The position numbers and the translations under genes were made by a program. Of a stretch of 64,000 nucleotides of DNA, positions 42,101 to 54,024 are shown piece after piece (position 1 is the first letter of the stretch; each line of letters opens with the position of its first letter). The stretch spans positions 192,001 through 256,000 of the forward strand of contig CAVPLM010000003.1 in NCBI GenBank assembly GCA_963706025.1, in the 5' to 3' direction. The notes under the pieces were generated by a model. That model was not told the origin of the DNA, searched no databases, and worked only from the letters and a program-made list of their open reading frames with translations. Source of the DNA: an uncultured Actinomycetes bacterium. GTDB lineage: Bacteria; Actinomycetota; Thermoleophilia; RBG-16-64-13.

Positions 42101-42578
42101 GCCGGTGCGGCCCAGTCGCTCTCCCGTGCTGCGCGGCGAGACCCGGGAGAAGGTCACGGGCTGCGGCAGTCTCTACGTCACCGTCAACGAAGACGACTTC
42201 GGTCCCAGGGAAATCTTCGCCAACATGGGGAAAGCCGGCGGTTGCGCTTCGGCGTCCACCGAAGCTATTGGACGACTCATCTCCCTGGCCTTCCGTTACG
42301 GGGTGCCACCCGACAAGATCGTGAAACAGCTCAAAGGTATCCGCTGTCACGTGCCTCTGGGATTCGGTCCCAATCAGATCCTTTCCTGCCCCGACGCTAT
42401 CGGCAAAGCGCTGGCCGACAAGTATCATCTCGCCAGCGGCAATGGCGGCAAGACCGTGGGCCAACTGGAGATCCCCATCTCGTTGGCGCAAGGCGCATGC
42501 CCGGACTGCGGCGGAGCGGTCGAGCACGAGGGCGGTTGCGTGGTATGCCGTTCATGCGGCTATTCCAAGTGCGCGTGA
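39152..42578 (+). CDS. nrdJ: Class II (B12-dependent) ribonucleotide reductase, intein-containing, one frameshift near 40080
   Basis: [29 protein letters not shown]|[30 protein letters not shown]-like domain, C-terminal Zn ribbon. Confidence 0.95.
40004..41147 (+). mobile_element. Intein with LAGLIDADG homing endonuclease, inserted at the active-site NP/C
   Basis: N-terminal CITGDTLV, block [13 protein letters not shown] and [11 protein letters not shown]-terminal [17 protein letters not shown]|C. Confidence 0.93.
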
Positions 42579-42685
42579 AACGAGTTCTAGGGTGCGTCGC
42601 GCGCGAAGCGCGCCACCCGGGTGCGTCTGGCGCCGGGCGCTGCCCGCCGCGCTCGGCGAGAGTTAAGGGTGGAGTGACCATCTTC

Positions 42686-42964
42686 ATGGATGTCGAGCTG
42701 GTGTCGATCGTGGACGGTGAGCCACCCGATGCTTACACCGTCACCTTTGACGTGATCTACTCCGGCGAGACCTGGTGTAGGTCGATCATTGGTGTCGACG
42801 CGCGGTCGCCGCCGGGCTGGAGCGCGAGGAATACGAGATCGTACGGGCTGCGCGCGACGCCCTGCTGGAAATACTGGCTACGGAAGCGGAACCGGTCTCC
42901 TTTCAGTTGCGGCTCGCCGCCTGCGGCACGACGGTTCTCGCGCGGGCTACGCCGGGTGGCGTAG
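42686..42964 (+). CDS. Small hypothetical protein (frameshift near 42805; end uncertain)
   Basis: GGAG RBS; MDVELVSIVDG..; continues as EYEIVRAARDALLEILA in another frame. Confidence 0.45.
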   Translation: MDVELVSIVDGEPPDAYTVTFDVIYSGETWCRSIIGVDARSPPGWSARNTRSYGLRATPCWKYWLRKRNRSPFSCGSPPAARRFSRGLRRVA

Positions 42965-45265
42965 TCTCCCACGATCCACTCGTCGGTCCAGGCAGGGCGC
43001 GATGGGGCCTGACCGGAATCGAGGAGCGCCACCCACTCCTCGTCGGTTAGCCGTTTGTCCAGCGGGACGGTGAACTCGTAGTAGGCGTAGGCGGCCCCGG
43101 CAAGCAGCTGCATCTGCCGTCGAGCTCGAAGGCCGCGTACAGGGCCAGCGGGATACCCGGTCGCCTCCTCCAGCGCCTGGTTGGAGTTGTAGCTGGTGTG
43201 CACGTCGGCCACCAGCGGGCTTTTCTCTGCGGTGGGTGAGAGGGTGCGCCCGTCTTCTTCGTCGTCGAACTGCTCCAGGGTCTCCAGGTAGTGCCCGTAC
43301 TCGGCGATCGTCGTCTCTTCGTCCAGGGTGAGCTCCGCGCCGGCCAGTTCCTTCTCGGCGATCGACGCCAGCGTACTCAGCCAATCCGATCATCATCTCC
43401 AGCTTGTTCGCGGATTCGGAGTCGATCAGGCCGTATCTCATGAGGCCCTCGCGCAAGGTGGTGGCCAACTCCGCGATCTTGGCGTAGAAGGCCGGGTATG
43501 GCTCCACGTAGCCCGCAGCCTCCGGCTCCTCGCCTCCCCCACCTTCCGCCGTCACCGACTGCTTGGCGTAGAGGATGGTGTCGTGGCGTAACTCGGTCCA
43601 GCTACCCAGGGCGGTGTTCAGGCTCTTGCGCGCCCACACCCGAGACTTCATGAAATCGGGCGCGCCCTCGGCTGGGAAGGCCATCACGTGCTGCAAGGAT
43701 TCAAGCCAACCGGTGTAGAGATTGACCGGCCACAGATCGGGGCTGCGCTCGGTGAACTCCTCGTTGACCTTCTTGATCTGGCTCTCCCAGTTCTTGTACC
43801 GATCCTGCTCGAAGTCTTCTTTCGCCAGCTGGTAGGCCTGGTCGGAGCCGAGCACCGTCATGATGTCGAGGCCCATGGGCAGGTCGCGCTTGCCTCAGGC
43901 GGCTGCTCTTCGCCCACGTACGCCCACACCAGTTGCTGGAAGGCGTAGGAATCGGGGATGTAGCGCTGGCCCATGACCCGGAAGCTCCGCTCGTTCTCCT
44001 CCCGGTTCAGGGTGTCGCCGGCTAGCGCGGACCGCGCTCGTCAGGATCTTGGGGGCGGGGAGCTTGTTGAGCTCTTCCCGCACCGTCGCGATCTTGCCTG
44101 CGTCGGCCAGGGCGTCGGGGGCCGGCTGGGCGGTGCCGAACACCTGCTTGATCACCGTCTGCATGTCGTCCACGGTCAGGTCGTCGGCCCGGCCGACCAG
44201 GAAGCTGGTGGGCTCGTACACGGCCGTCCAGGCCTCCTTGGCCGGTCCCGCCAGCGACGACGGGATGAGGATCGCCCGGCGGGTGAGGCTCGCGGCCAGC
44301 TCCTCGGGGACGTCGGGGTCGCGCGGGTTGATGAAGAAGCCGGTGTGGCCGTACCACATCATGGCCTTGAAGTAGCGCTTGAGCTCCTCGCTGCGGGTGT
44401 AGTGGCCGCGGGGCTTGTACTGGCTGTAGTCCTCGGTGTAGCCGAGGATGGGCGATTTCTCCGTGCCGCCGGCCCCCTCGATCAGGGCGAGCTCGGCGTC
44501 GGCCAGGTCGCGAGCGCGCGTCCGGGCCGCCGTCCCGGTACGATCGGTCCCTTGAGCAAGCGAGTCTGCGCCACGGCGAAGTAGGCCATGTTGAGTCGGG
44601 CCTCTTCTTGATGGCCGGGTCGGTGGCGGCGTTCCACTGGTCGAAGGCGGCGGCATACAGCGCCTCGGTCATGACGATGGCCTGCTCGATAGAGCGCGGC
44701 CTCTTCCATGCGCTGGAGCAGGGTGTCGAAGAGGCCGTGGTAGGCGTTGAGCACGGAGTCGGTGGTGACCAGCAGCGGCAGGCCCTCGTAGCGGGCCTCC
44801 TCGTAGACCTGCCAGAACTTCCAGGGACCCTCGCTCGGGCGGCGTGGCTACCGCCACGAAGCTCTGTCGGGCGAGCACCTGTTTCTGCGCCGCGGACAGG
44901 CCGGCTTCATCGAGATTGACGATGGCGTCCAGATCGACCGGCTGAGACATCGAGGTAGTCCGGTTCTTCGTAGGGGCCGGTCAACGAGGCCTGGGCCACT
45001 CCTTCGGACGCGTTGTTCGCGGCGGGGCTCGAAGTGCTGGTGGACGTGCTGCTACTGGTAACGCCGGCGGCAGCGCCGCCGGACGGGTCGGTCGGCGATG
45101 TCGTGCCGGTCTCTCCATCGCTGCAGCCGAGGACGGCGAGACTCAGGGTGAGGATGGCGAAGATGGCAATGAGTCCCGTGACACCGGAAACCCGTGACCA
45201 AGATCGACGCATCGAGTTAGAAGGTGCCGCCTAGGCGATGCCGGGTGAGTATCTGCGCGCTCCAT
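42947..45265 (-). CDS. DUF3160-domain lipoprotein, broken by several indels (ends approximate)
   Basis: Lipobox LAVLGC; DYSQYKPRGHYT..YFKAMMWYG, GLDIM.VLGS, TALGSWTELRHDTILYAKQ, GYVEP, YYEF..RLTDEEW across frames. Confidence 0.85.
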
Positions 45266-45341
45266 GGTCGTCCCCTCCGCTGCTCTCAGGTTGCCACTTG
45301 ATTGCTCGATAGATGCCCACCTACTATGTTCGCGGGCGAAT

Positions 45342-45380
45342 GTCACATCGCGGCGACAGACCTGTAACGATCTGGTTACA
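45342..45380. promoter_or_regulatory. Four 11-bp-phased GYNAC repeats (OmpR/MtrA-type array)
   Basis: gtcac (45342), gcgac (45353), gtaac (45364), gttac (45375), upstream of the DUF3160 gene. Confidence 0.65.
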
Positions 45381-45452
45381 GAGGGGCCGGTACGGGCCGA
45401 TCCCCCCTGTTCGCTCGTCAGACGGAACCGCGACGCGGGGTCCGCGCTACCG

Positions 45453-46091
45453 TCACGGTTGGGTAGCCGGTTCGAGGGCCGTGAAACCGAAACCGTTCCA
45501 GCGATAGGTCGTGGTCTGAACGCCGCCTCTGCCGAGGTGGATTCCTCGGTGAGCACGATCAGGTCCCCGGCACCGGCGAGGCCGCCGAGTCGCCGGCGAC
45601 CGGTAGCGCCCGCGTCGTCGCCGCGGGCGCGCTCTCCGTCAGTGACGAGCTGCAGCGAGAGCGGCCGGGGTGTGAGAGCACTCGGTGACCAGTCGCTCCC
45701 GGTACTCGCCCCCCATGTAGGCGAAAAGCCCGAGGTGGCGGCCGTCTGGGCCATCGAGAAGAGTCACCACCTCGAGCAGGCCGTTGCGGTCGGTGTCGCC
45801 CAGAGAGCCTTCGACTACCCGCCACTTCTCCCGGCTGCGGTAGACGGTCGCGCCATCGGTGATGACAAGCCGGCCGGAGTTCCCCTCTATGAGGATCTGT
45901 TCGGCGACGCCGTCTCCGTCGAGGTCGGCGGAAAAGGTGAGCGTCGTGCGTAAGCCGGTCTCCCGAGCGGCCGAGAGGGGCTCGGTCTGCGAGCACCCCG
46001 CTGCGAGCCAGGCCGTGTCGCCAGAGAACGGCCGAGAGTCAGGAGCAGCGCTGCTAGGAGCTGCGGCTCTCCGGTGGCGGCGCAAGGGCAT
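45453..46091 (-). CDS. Hypothetical lipoprotein with FG-GAP/VCBS-like Ca-binding motifs (frameshifted; start uncertain)
   Basis: LAAGC, ADLDGDGVAE, GDTDRNGLLEVV, C-terminal YRWNGFGF. Confidence 0.55.
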
Positions 46092-46138
46092 GTGGCGCCC
46101 AGCGGCGAGGCGCTCGCCGGCGCGCGGGCGCGCCGTCG

Positions 46139-46512
46139 CTACTTGGCGGCCTGTCGGGCGCGGTAGTCGTCGATGGCGGCTTGCAGCCCATCGGCGGCCA
46201 GGTTGCTGCAGTGCATCTTGGCCGGGGGAAGCCCCCCAACGCTTCGGCCACCGCCTTGTTGGTGATCTCCATCGCCTCGTCGAGTTTCTTGCCCTTGGCC
46301 ATCTCCGTCACCATGCTGGACGTGGCTACCGCGGCTCCGCACCCCAGGGTCTGGAACTTGATGTCTTCGAGCGTGTCGTCCTCGACCTTGATGGTGATGC
46401 GCATCATGTCGCCGCACTGCGGGTTGCCCACTTCGCCCACGCCGTCGGCATCCTCGATGACTCCCATGTTGCGAGGGTTGCGGAAATGCTCCATGACGAG
46501 TTCCGAGTACAT
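46139..46512 (-). CDS. nifU: Fe-S cluster scaffold NifU/IscU (frameshift near 46235)
   Basis: MYSELVMEHFRNPRNMG, GNPQCGD, GCGAA, LPPAKMHCSNLA. Confidence 0.92.
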
Positions 46513-46513
46513 G

Positions 46514-47700
<1,187 letters not shown>

Positions 47701-47719
47701 GGAGCCCCCGTCGGGTCGC

Positions 47720-47983
47720 TCATTCGCGAACGTGGTTCCCGGACTCACTAGGTCCGCGCGCGCCCTCCCCGGCTTCGGTAAGGCATACGGCCCAGTCGGG
47801 GCACATGTCCGAGCATAGACCGCAGGAGGTGCAGGCCTCAGGATCTGCGAGATAGGGCGTGCCGTCCCCTTCGACCCCGATGGCATCCACGGGGCAGAAA
47901 TGGCTACAGATGCCGCAGCGCTTGCAACGCGTCAGCGAGAAGATCGGCACCTGCTTCTTGGTCTTGTCCTTGGTGGTAGCCAC
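47720..47983 (-). CDS. 2x[4Fe-4S] ferredoxin-like protein
   Basis: CKRCGICSHFCP and CTSCGLCSDMCP. Confidence 0.88.
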   Translation of the reverse strand: MATTKDKTKKQVPIFSLTRCKRCGICSHFCPVDAIGVEGDGTPYLADPEACTSCGLCSDMCPDWAVCLTEAGEGARGPSESGNHVRE

Positions 47984-48085
47984 GGCGCTATTGTATATCA
48001 GCGGCCTGGCTTGTGAGGCTCCAAGCGGCGACGCGTGCGAGCGATCGAGTTCGACCATCACGGAACGGCCGGTGGTAGCCGGGTC

Positions 48086-49152
48086 TTAGGTGCGCTCCCG
48101 GAGCCAAGCCGAGGTCTCGAAGCTGAGGCGGAAGCAGCGTTCGGCCACCTCCAAGGGCAGCGCGCCGGTCCCGCAGGCCGGGGAGACGAACGAGAGGGCG
48201 AGCACCTCGTCTACCGAAATCGCTCCCGTCTTCTCCAGAGCCGCCGCGCCGGCGAGCACCTGGCGCGCGGTCTCTTCCGCCTTCAGGGCCAAAGCCCGGT
48301 CGTCGTTGGGGACCACACCCCAAGCCAGCAGGCCGCCTTCGGCGGCGAAGGCGGCGAAGGCCTCACGCTGAGTGACCACTGAGTCCAGGAAATCGGCGGC
48401 GTCGAAGGACAGCAGGTCGAACGGCAGGTTCACCACCGACTCCCAATCGGCGCCACCACAGACGTGGATGCCGGTCAGACAATCCAAAGGAGCCAGACAC
48501 TCCTCCAAGAGGGGATAGCAGAGCTCCGGAGGCACGTTGACGAAGGCCGAGCCCATCTGAGCCATGTAAGGCTCGTCGAATACGATCAGCGGCACAGACG
48601 CGGGTGCCCATGCGAGCAGCAGGTCCTGCTGCCAACGGGCCTTGTTGGCCAGGAGCGTGGTGGCGAGTTCGCGCTGTGTGTCGTCGTACAGCAGGCTTCG
48701 CTTGTCCTCGCGGAGGACGGTAAGTCCGAAGGAAACCGGACCCGTCACCTGGCCCTTGACGAAGGCAGGGAGAGCGCCGACCTCAGTGAGCGAGCGCAGA
48801 GCAGACACGAACGCAGTGATGCCCGCGGCGCGATCCGAGGAGATCGCGAAGAGGCTGGGATCATCCTGTTCCAATCGATCCAGGAAATCCGCCACCTCGT
48901 CGGCCGGGGGCTCGTCGGTCACGTGGAAACGCTGCGCTCGGCATCGACGATGGCGCCCGGCAAACCCTCGCCGAACTGCACGTACATGTTCTCGAGGAAG
49001 GAGCGGCGCGGGAGTTGCGGCCAGGCCGGGATCTCCGGCGTCCAGCGCAGGATGAAGTCCATGGCCTGCCGGGCGTCTTCATAGGGAACGGACCCGATGG
49101 CCAGGGCGCGCAGCGCGGCCGGTCGACCGGGCGGGAACCGCGCCGAAACCAC
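48086..49152 (-). CDS. Core (short, MetE C-terminal-like) methionine synthase, MesB-like (frameshift near 48925)
   Basis: IGSVP, PAWPQLP, KGQVTGP, DEP, Zn ligands HVC..D..PACG; about 355 aa with no folate-binding N domain. Confidence 0.8.
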
Positions 49153-49206
49153 CGGCCGCGGAGGCGGCGCGTGCCGCCGCGACCCTATCGAGTCCTCTGA
49201 TCCTGG

Positions 49207-51492
49207 TCACGCTTCCTGTCCTCTCAAGGACGTGAGTCGCGGCACACCGTACCATGTGAACAAGGTCCTTACCCACCCGTGACGCTTTCGCAAGCGGGTC
49301 GTCACTTCCTGGCGCAGTATCTCGGCCCGGTCGAGATCGGCCTGAGTAGCCTGGTAGCCCCCGAACAGTACGGCGTCGGTACGTGCGATCAGGACGGGAT
49401 CCGGATCGATGCCCAAGCGAAGGTCGAGCGCGGAGAGCGTCTCCTCGAGAGTCTGTGAAGGGGCTACGGCGATACCGTAGTCGGCCATCTCGCTCCGGAG
49501 TAGTGCCAGCGATGCCTGCAGACGCTGCTCCGGAGGGCCACGACGGAGGCGTCTTCTCCGCCACAGACTGCGCCCGACCGGCCAAGCGATCACCAGCACG
49601 GCCAGCCCTGCCAGCCACGGTACCCAGGCGGCCCCGGCCAGCCATCCTCGTCCTTCGTTCCCGGCGCTCGCGCCGCCGGTCGGCTCGTCTTCGGGGGAGT
49701 TCGGTCTGCGGGGCTCGGTGGTCACGGTCCCCGGCTCGGTGCTGCCGGTGTCGACGAAGGGGTTGATGAAGCCCGGGCTGGTCGAGGAAGCTCCCGGAGT
49801 GGGGATAGTATGCTCCAGCCCGGGGGTGGGGTCGAAGGCCACCCAGCCGATCTGGGGGAAGTAGACCTCCACCCAGGCATGGGCATTGTTGGTGCTCACG
49901 GTATAGGTGTCCGGGCTCGACTCATCCAGTTCACCGCTCGTGAAGCCCACCGCCACCCGAGCCGGGATGCCGTTGTAGCGAAGCAGCAGGGCCATGGCCC
50001 CGGCAAAATGCTGGCAGTAGCCGGAGCGGGTGTCGAACAGAAAAGCCGAGTAGGGGGAGGAGTAGTCGCTGGAAGGTGGGGTGAGCGAGTACTCGAAGAA
50101 GTTGCGCAGATAGCGCTCGATGCGCAGGGTGACCTCGTAGGGGTCGGTGGCCTCGCCGATGATCTCCCGGTTGAAGGCGTAGAGGTCCACCCACTCCCCA
50201 CCCCCGGGGAAGCTGTCCGGCACGGTGCTTCGCCAGCTGGCTTCCTGGTCGGGGCCCTCGATCCGGGAGGCGGGGAGGAAGGGCAGGCCCAGGTAGCGAT
50301 CCAGAGCCTGGGGATAGTCGCTTCCCTTGCCGACCACGTCCGTGGGCTTAAGATCGGGGATGACGGCGGTGACTCGGTAGGCGAGCGTGGGCCCCAGGGC
50401 TTTGTTCGAATGGAGGGCGCGCACGTCGTTGGTACGCAGAGCGAGATCCTGGTCGATCCTGAACGACCGGGGGTCGCCTCCCACGAAGAGGTAGTTGGTG
50501 TAGACCGACTGCACCTGGAAGGACTGGGAGACGGTCAGCCCCGGAGGTGTGGGCGCCACCTCCGGTACGGAGTAGACGTAGGAGTCCCCGCTCCGCGTAG
50601 GCTCCAGGCGCTCAAGGAAGGCCTGGACCGCAGTCCAGGCGTTGCCGGTGAAGGTTTCGAGCGCGTTGGCCCGCCAGTAGGAAGGCGAGGGCGAGGTGAC
50701 CTTCATGATCATCACATCGTTGGCCGGGTCCAGAAGCCGGGGGTAGTTCTGCAGCCAGTTGAACTGGTACACGGAGGGGCCCCGACCGAAGGGGTCCCAG
50801 GTGCGCCAATCCTGCCAGGGGGTGGCCACGGCGGATGGTGCCGCGCCCAGGAGGAGCAGCGCGAGTAGCGCTGCCACCACTCCCACCGCTCCTCCGGCCA
50901 GGGTGTCTCGAAGCGCCCACTCTTCGCGCTTGAGGCCTCGGGCGAGAACCAGCAAGCAGGCTGCCAGGATGAGGAAGAGGAGGGCCGACCAGAGCACTCT
51001 GGGGGCGCCGTCGACCGTGAGACTGAAGCCGAGAAGCACCAACGTCAAGACGATCCCCGGGACGGGTCTGCGCAGGCTGAGGGACAAGAAAGCGGCCGCC
51101 CCGACGAGCCAGTAGACGCAGAACGCCAGCAGGAGCTGCAACTCGGGGACGTCGGTGGACGTCAGGGGGAAGACCTGGCTCAAGTATGCGTCTGTACCCA
51201 GCCGAAGCTGTTCCGTGTAGAAGTGATACTGCCCACCGACACCCTCGACCAGCGCCGGGATCGGGATGATGGTGCGCAAGAGAAGGTAGGCTCCGACGGG
51301 CAGCAACACTAGACTGAGGGGCCAGAGCTTACGGTGGACGAGGCCGGGTGCACCGCAGAGCGCGGCGACGATGACGGTCCGCACAAGGATGGTGGCCATG
51401 GATGGTTCCACCACCCGATCGAGCGCCAGCGCCCCCACCACCGCTAGGCCGCTGAAACACAAGAGATAGAGAATCTTTGGCAAGATCTTCAT
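49207..51492 (-). CDS. Transglutaminase-like membrane protein (TgpA-like)
   Basis: N-terminal TM segments; GYCQHFA, GIPARVAVGF, HAWVEVYF, FDPTP. Confidence 0.93.
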   Translation of the reverse strand: MKILPKILYLLCFSGLAVVGALALDRVVEPSMATILVRTVIVAALCGAPGLVHRKLWPLSLVLLPVGAYLLLRTIIPIPALVEGVGGQYHFYTEQLRLGTDAYLSQVFPLTSTDVPELQLLLAFCVYWLVGAAAFLSLSLRRPVPGIVLTLVLLGFSLTVDGAPRVLWSALLFLILAACLLVLARGLKREEWALRDTLAGGAVGVVAALLALLLLGAAPSAVATPWQDWRTWDPFGRGPSVYQFNWLQNYPRLLDPANDVMIMKVTSPSPSYWRANALETFTGNAWTAVQAFLERLEPTRSGDSYVYSVPEVAPTPPGLTVSQSFQVQSVYTNYLFVGGDPRSFRIDQDLALRTNDVRALHSNKALGPTLAYRVTAVIPDLKPTDVVGKGSDYPQALDRYLGLPFLPASRIEGPDQEASWRSTVPDSFPGGGEWVDLYAFNREIIGEATDPYEVTLRIERYLRNFFEYSLTPPSSDYSSPYSAFLFDTRSGYCQHFAGAMALLLRYNGIPARVAVGFTSGELDESSPDTYTVSTNNAHAWVEVYFPQIGWVAFDPTPGLEHTIPTPGASSTSPGFINPFVDTGSTEPGTVTTEPRRPNSPEDEPTGGASAGNEGRGWLAGAAWVPWLAGLAVLVIAWPVGRSLWRRRRLRRGPPEQRLQASLALLRSEMADYGIAVAPSQTLEETLSALDLRLGIDPDPVLIARTDAVLFGGYQATQADLDRAEILRQEVTTRLRKRHGWVRTLFTWYGVPRLTSLRGQEA

Positions 51493-51513
51493 GACACGGT
51501 CATCTTGCCGTTC

Positions 51514-52917
51514 TCATTGGGCGCTCACCCGCTTCCGTCCGGTGCCCCAGAGGGACAGAGCCCGGATCAAGTCGTCGCCGTGACTGAGGGTCAGACAGGG
51601 GACACCGGCGGAGGAAAGCGAAAGCAACAAGCTCCGGGCCTCCGGGGAAAGCCCAACTTGCGCCGTTGGGGCGACCCCGGCACGCGGGTCGGGCTGGGTC
51701 GGGCTGGGGGGCGTGGTGCCGTCAGGGGCGGCGCCGGCCGGGTCGCGCGGGGGCAGGAAGGGTAGGAGGGAGGAGGAACCGGCTCCTGCCCCGTCCTTCA
51801 CCCCTGCGAACGACGCTCCCACCACGTAAAGGAACGTCAAACGCATGCCCTTTTCCCGCAAGCCGGCGAAGGTGCGCACCAACTGGTGATCGAGCGACAG
51901 GCTCACAACGGCGACGCTTTGCGAACGCAGCAGATGCGGACCGTCGAAGCGCAGGTGGCGCAGAGCGTTGGCCAGGGGAGCCGAAGCGTTCGGTCGGGCT
52001 TCAGCGAGGACTTCCAGCAGGGTGCGGCGCCCTCCCCCGTCGGCCGTCAGCCGCGTCTGCCGCCAGGTGTGCTCGTGACGCAGGAGACTGACTCCGCGGC
52101 CGGCGCGCAGAGCGAAATCGGCGATACTGCCCGTGGCGCGCACCGCCAGCTCGAAGTTGCTGTAGGGCGGCTCGCCCAGCACCTGCTGGGCCGTGCCGTC
52201 GAGCAGCAGGGTGATGTCGGCACCGGCGGGCTCCTCCATCTCGCGCAGCATCAAGACGCCGGTCTTGGCGGTGCTTTTCCAATCGATGTGACTGAGAGGC
52301 TCGCCGGGCTGATGTGGCCGGATCCCTTTGAATTCGGAGGCCCCCGGCGCAGGAAGGCCGTGCTGGCCTCCCCAGTCGTGCTTGAGGCCTATTTCCGGAT
52401 AGAGCGCGCAGGACTCGAGCAACGCGATCCGCGGATAGACGGTCACCGGCAGAGAAGCACTGACCCTGTGAACGGTGCTCGCGATACCGAGAGGGTCTTC
52501 GGCGACGACCTGTGCCGCAGGGAGCGTGTGGACTCCGCGATTCACCCGGCCGATGTGGGTCCTGATGGTCTTCTCCCCGCGGGGGGCCAGGCTCTCGACT
52601 TCCAGTTCGAGATCGCCCGCGCTGAGTCCCACCAGTTGGTTCCGTAGCGTGAGATGCGGCCCGGGAAGGTAGGACGCATTCTCGACACGGAGACTGAGCT
52701 CAGGCTCGTCACCGGCCACGGGACGCTCCGGGGTCACGGTTCGGGTCACGCGGATCCGGCGACCCGTGGCTGCCACCAGGAGCCAGGAGATGATCACGGC
52801 CCCCAGGAAGGCGAACGCGAAGAGGTACAACTCCCAGGTGCCGACCACCCGCCCGGCCAAATAGGTCCCGGCGGCGAGGCCCAAGAGGGCGAAGCCGCGG
52901 CCGGTGGGGCGAGGCAT
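51514..52917 (-). CDS. DUF58 domain protein
   Basis: RG..DPLG..VYPR, EF..IR..PG..IDWKSTAK..LMLRE. Confidence 0.92.
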   Translation of the reverse strand: MPRPTGRGFALLGLAAGTYLAGRVVGTWELYLFAFAFLGAVIISWLLVAATGRRIRVTRTVTPERPVAGDEPELSLRVENASYLPGPHLTLRNQLVGLSAGDLELEVESLAPRGEKTIRTHIGRVNRGVHTLPAAQVVAEDPLGIASTVHRVSASLPVTVYPRIALLESCALYPEIGLKHDWGGQHGLPAPGASEFKGIRPHQPGEPLSHIDWKSTAKTGVLMLREMEEPAGADITLLLDGTAQQVLGEPPYSNFELAVRATGSIADFALRAGRGVSLLRHEHTWRQTRLTADGGGRRTLLEVLAEARPNASAPLANALRHLRFDGPHLLRSQSVAVVSLSLDHQLVRTFAGLREKGMRLTFLYVVGASFAGVKDGAGAGSSSLLPFLPPRDPAGAAPDGTTPPSPTQPDPRAGVAPTAQVGLSPEARSLLLSLSSAGVPCLTLSHGDDLIRALSLWGTGRKRVSAQ

Positions 52918-52920
52918 GAT

Positions 52921-54024
52921 CTAGCCGCCGCCTTGGGGGACCGGCACCGTCTCGAGTAGTTTGGCCACCACGTTCTCGGCGCTCACGTCGCGCACTTTGG
53001 CGTCTGGGGACAGCATTATGCGGTGCGCGAGACAGCGCACTGCCAGGTCCTTGATGTCCTTGGGAACCACGAAGTCGCGGCCTCGCAACAACGCGAGCGC
53101 TTTGGCGGCTCTCATGAGGGCGATGCCGGCCCGTGGACTCGCGCCCAGATACACTTCTCGCTGCTGGCGGGTCGCGGTCATGATATCTACCACGTAGCGA
53201 CGCAGGGACGGAGCGACTCGGACCCGGGTCACGGCTTGGGTCATGGCAAGCACCTCGGAACCGTCCACGACCGGACCCAACTCGGCCAGCGGATTGCGCG
53301 AGGTCTGCTCGTGGATGATGGCTTCTTCCGCTTCCGCGGAGGGATAGCCCAAGCTAACGCGCATCATAAAGCGGTCGAGTTGGGCCTCGGGCAGGGGATA
53401 GGTGCCTTCGTACTCTATGGGATTCTGAGTGGCGATCACCATGAATGGCGGATGTATGGCGTGGGTGATGTTGTCGACGGTTGCCTGCCGTTCTTCCATG
53501 CACTCCAGCAGGCTCGACTGGGTCTTGGGCGAGGCCCGGTTTATCTCGTCGGCCAGCACGATGTTGGCGAAGATGGGACCGGGTCGGAACTCAAACTCCC
53601 CGCGTCTCTGGTCGAAGACGCTGACCCCGGTGACATCGCTGGGGAGGAGATCGGGGGTGAACTGGATGCGGGCGAAGCGGCAGTCGATGGAACGCGCCAG
53701 GGATTTGGCGAGCAGCGTCTTGCCGACTCCGGGAAAGTCCTCGACGATAACATGGCCTCCCGCCAGAAGGGCGACCACACATGCCCGGATGACCTCTTCC
53801 TTGCCCAAGATGACCGAGGCGATAGCACCCGCGATGCGGGCGGCTCGCCGGGCGACCTCCTGCATCTCGTCGTCCTGTAGGACGGCCATGCCTGGCGCGC
53901 CCGAGGTGGAGGAGGGGCTGGCGGTGACCATCGGGCCGGACGGCTCGGCGGTGATGGTCTGAGTGACATCGGTAGCATCGGCGGTCGCAAACGGGTCGAC
54001 GGGGCCTAGGATCCTATCGGGCAT
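52921..54024 (-). CDS. MoxR-family AAA ATPase
   Basis: PGVGKT, RIQFTPDLLPSD, DEINRA, ATQNPIEYEGTYPLPEAQLDRF. Confidence 0.96.
   Translation of the reverse strand: MPDRILGPVDPFATADATDVTQTITAEPSGPMVTASPSSTSGAPGMAVLQDDEMQEVARRAARIAGAIASVILGKEEVIRACVVALLAGGHVIVEDFPGVGKTLLAKSLARSIDCRFARIQFTPDLLPSDVTGVSVFDQRRGEFEFRPGPIFANIVLADEINRASPKTQSSLLECMEERQATVDNITHAIHPPFMVIATQNPIEYEGTYPLPEAQLDRFMMRVSLGYPSAEAEEAIIHEQTSRNPLAELGPVVDGSEVLAMTQAVTRVRVAPSLRRYVVDIMTATRQQREVYLGASPRAGIALMRAAKALALLRGRDFVVPKDIKDLAVRCLAHRIMLSPDAKVRDVSAENVVAKLLETVPVPQGGG

Noticed and set aside
49207-54024. MoxR-DUF58-transglutaminase cluster as a novel system
   Set aside because: Well-known, widespread gene triad.
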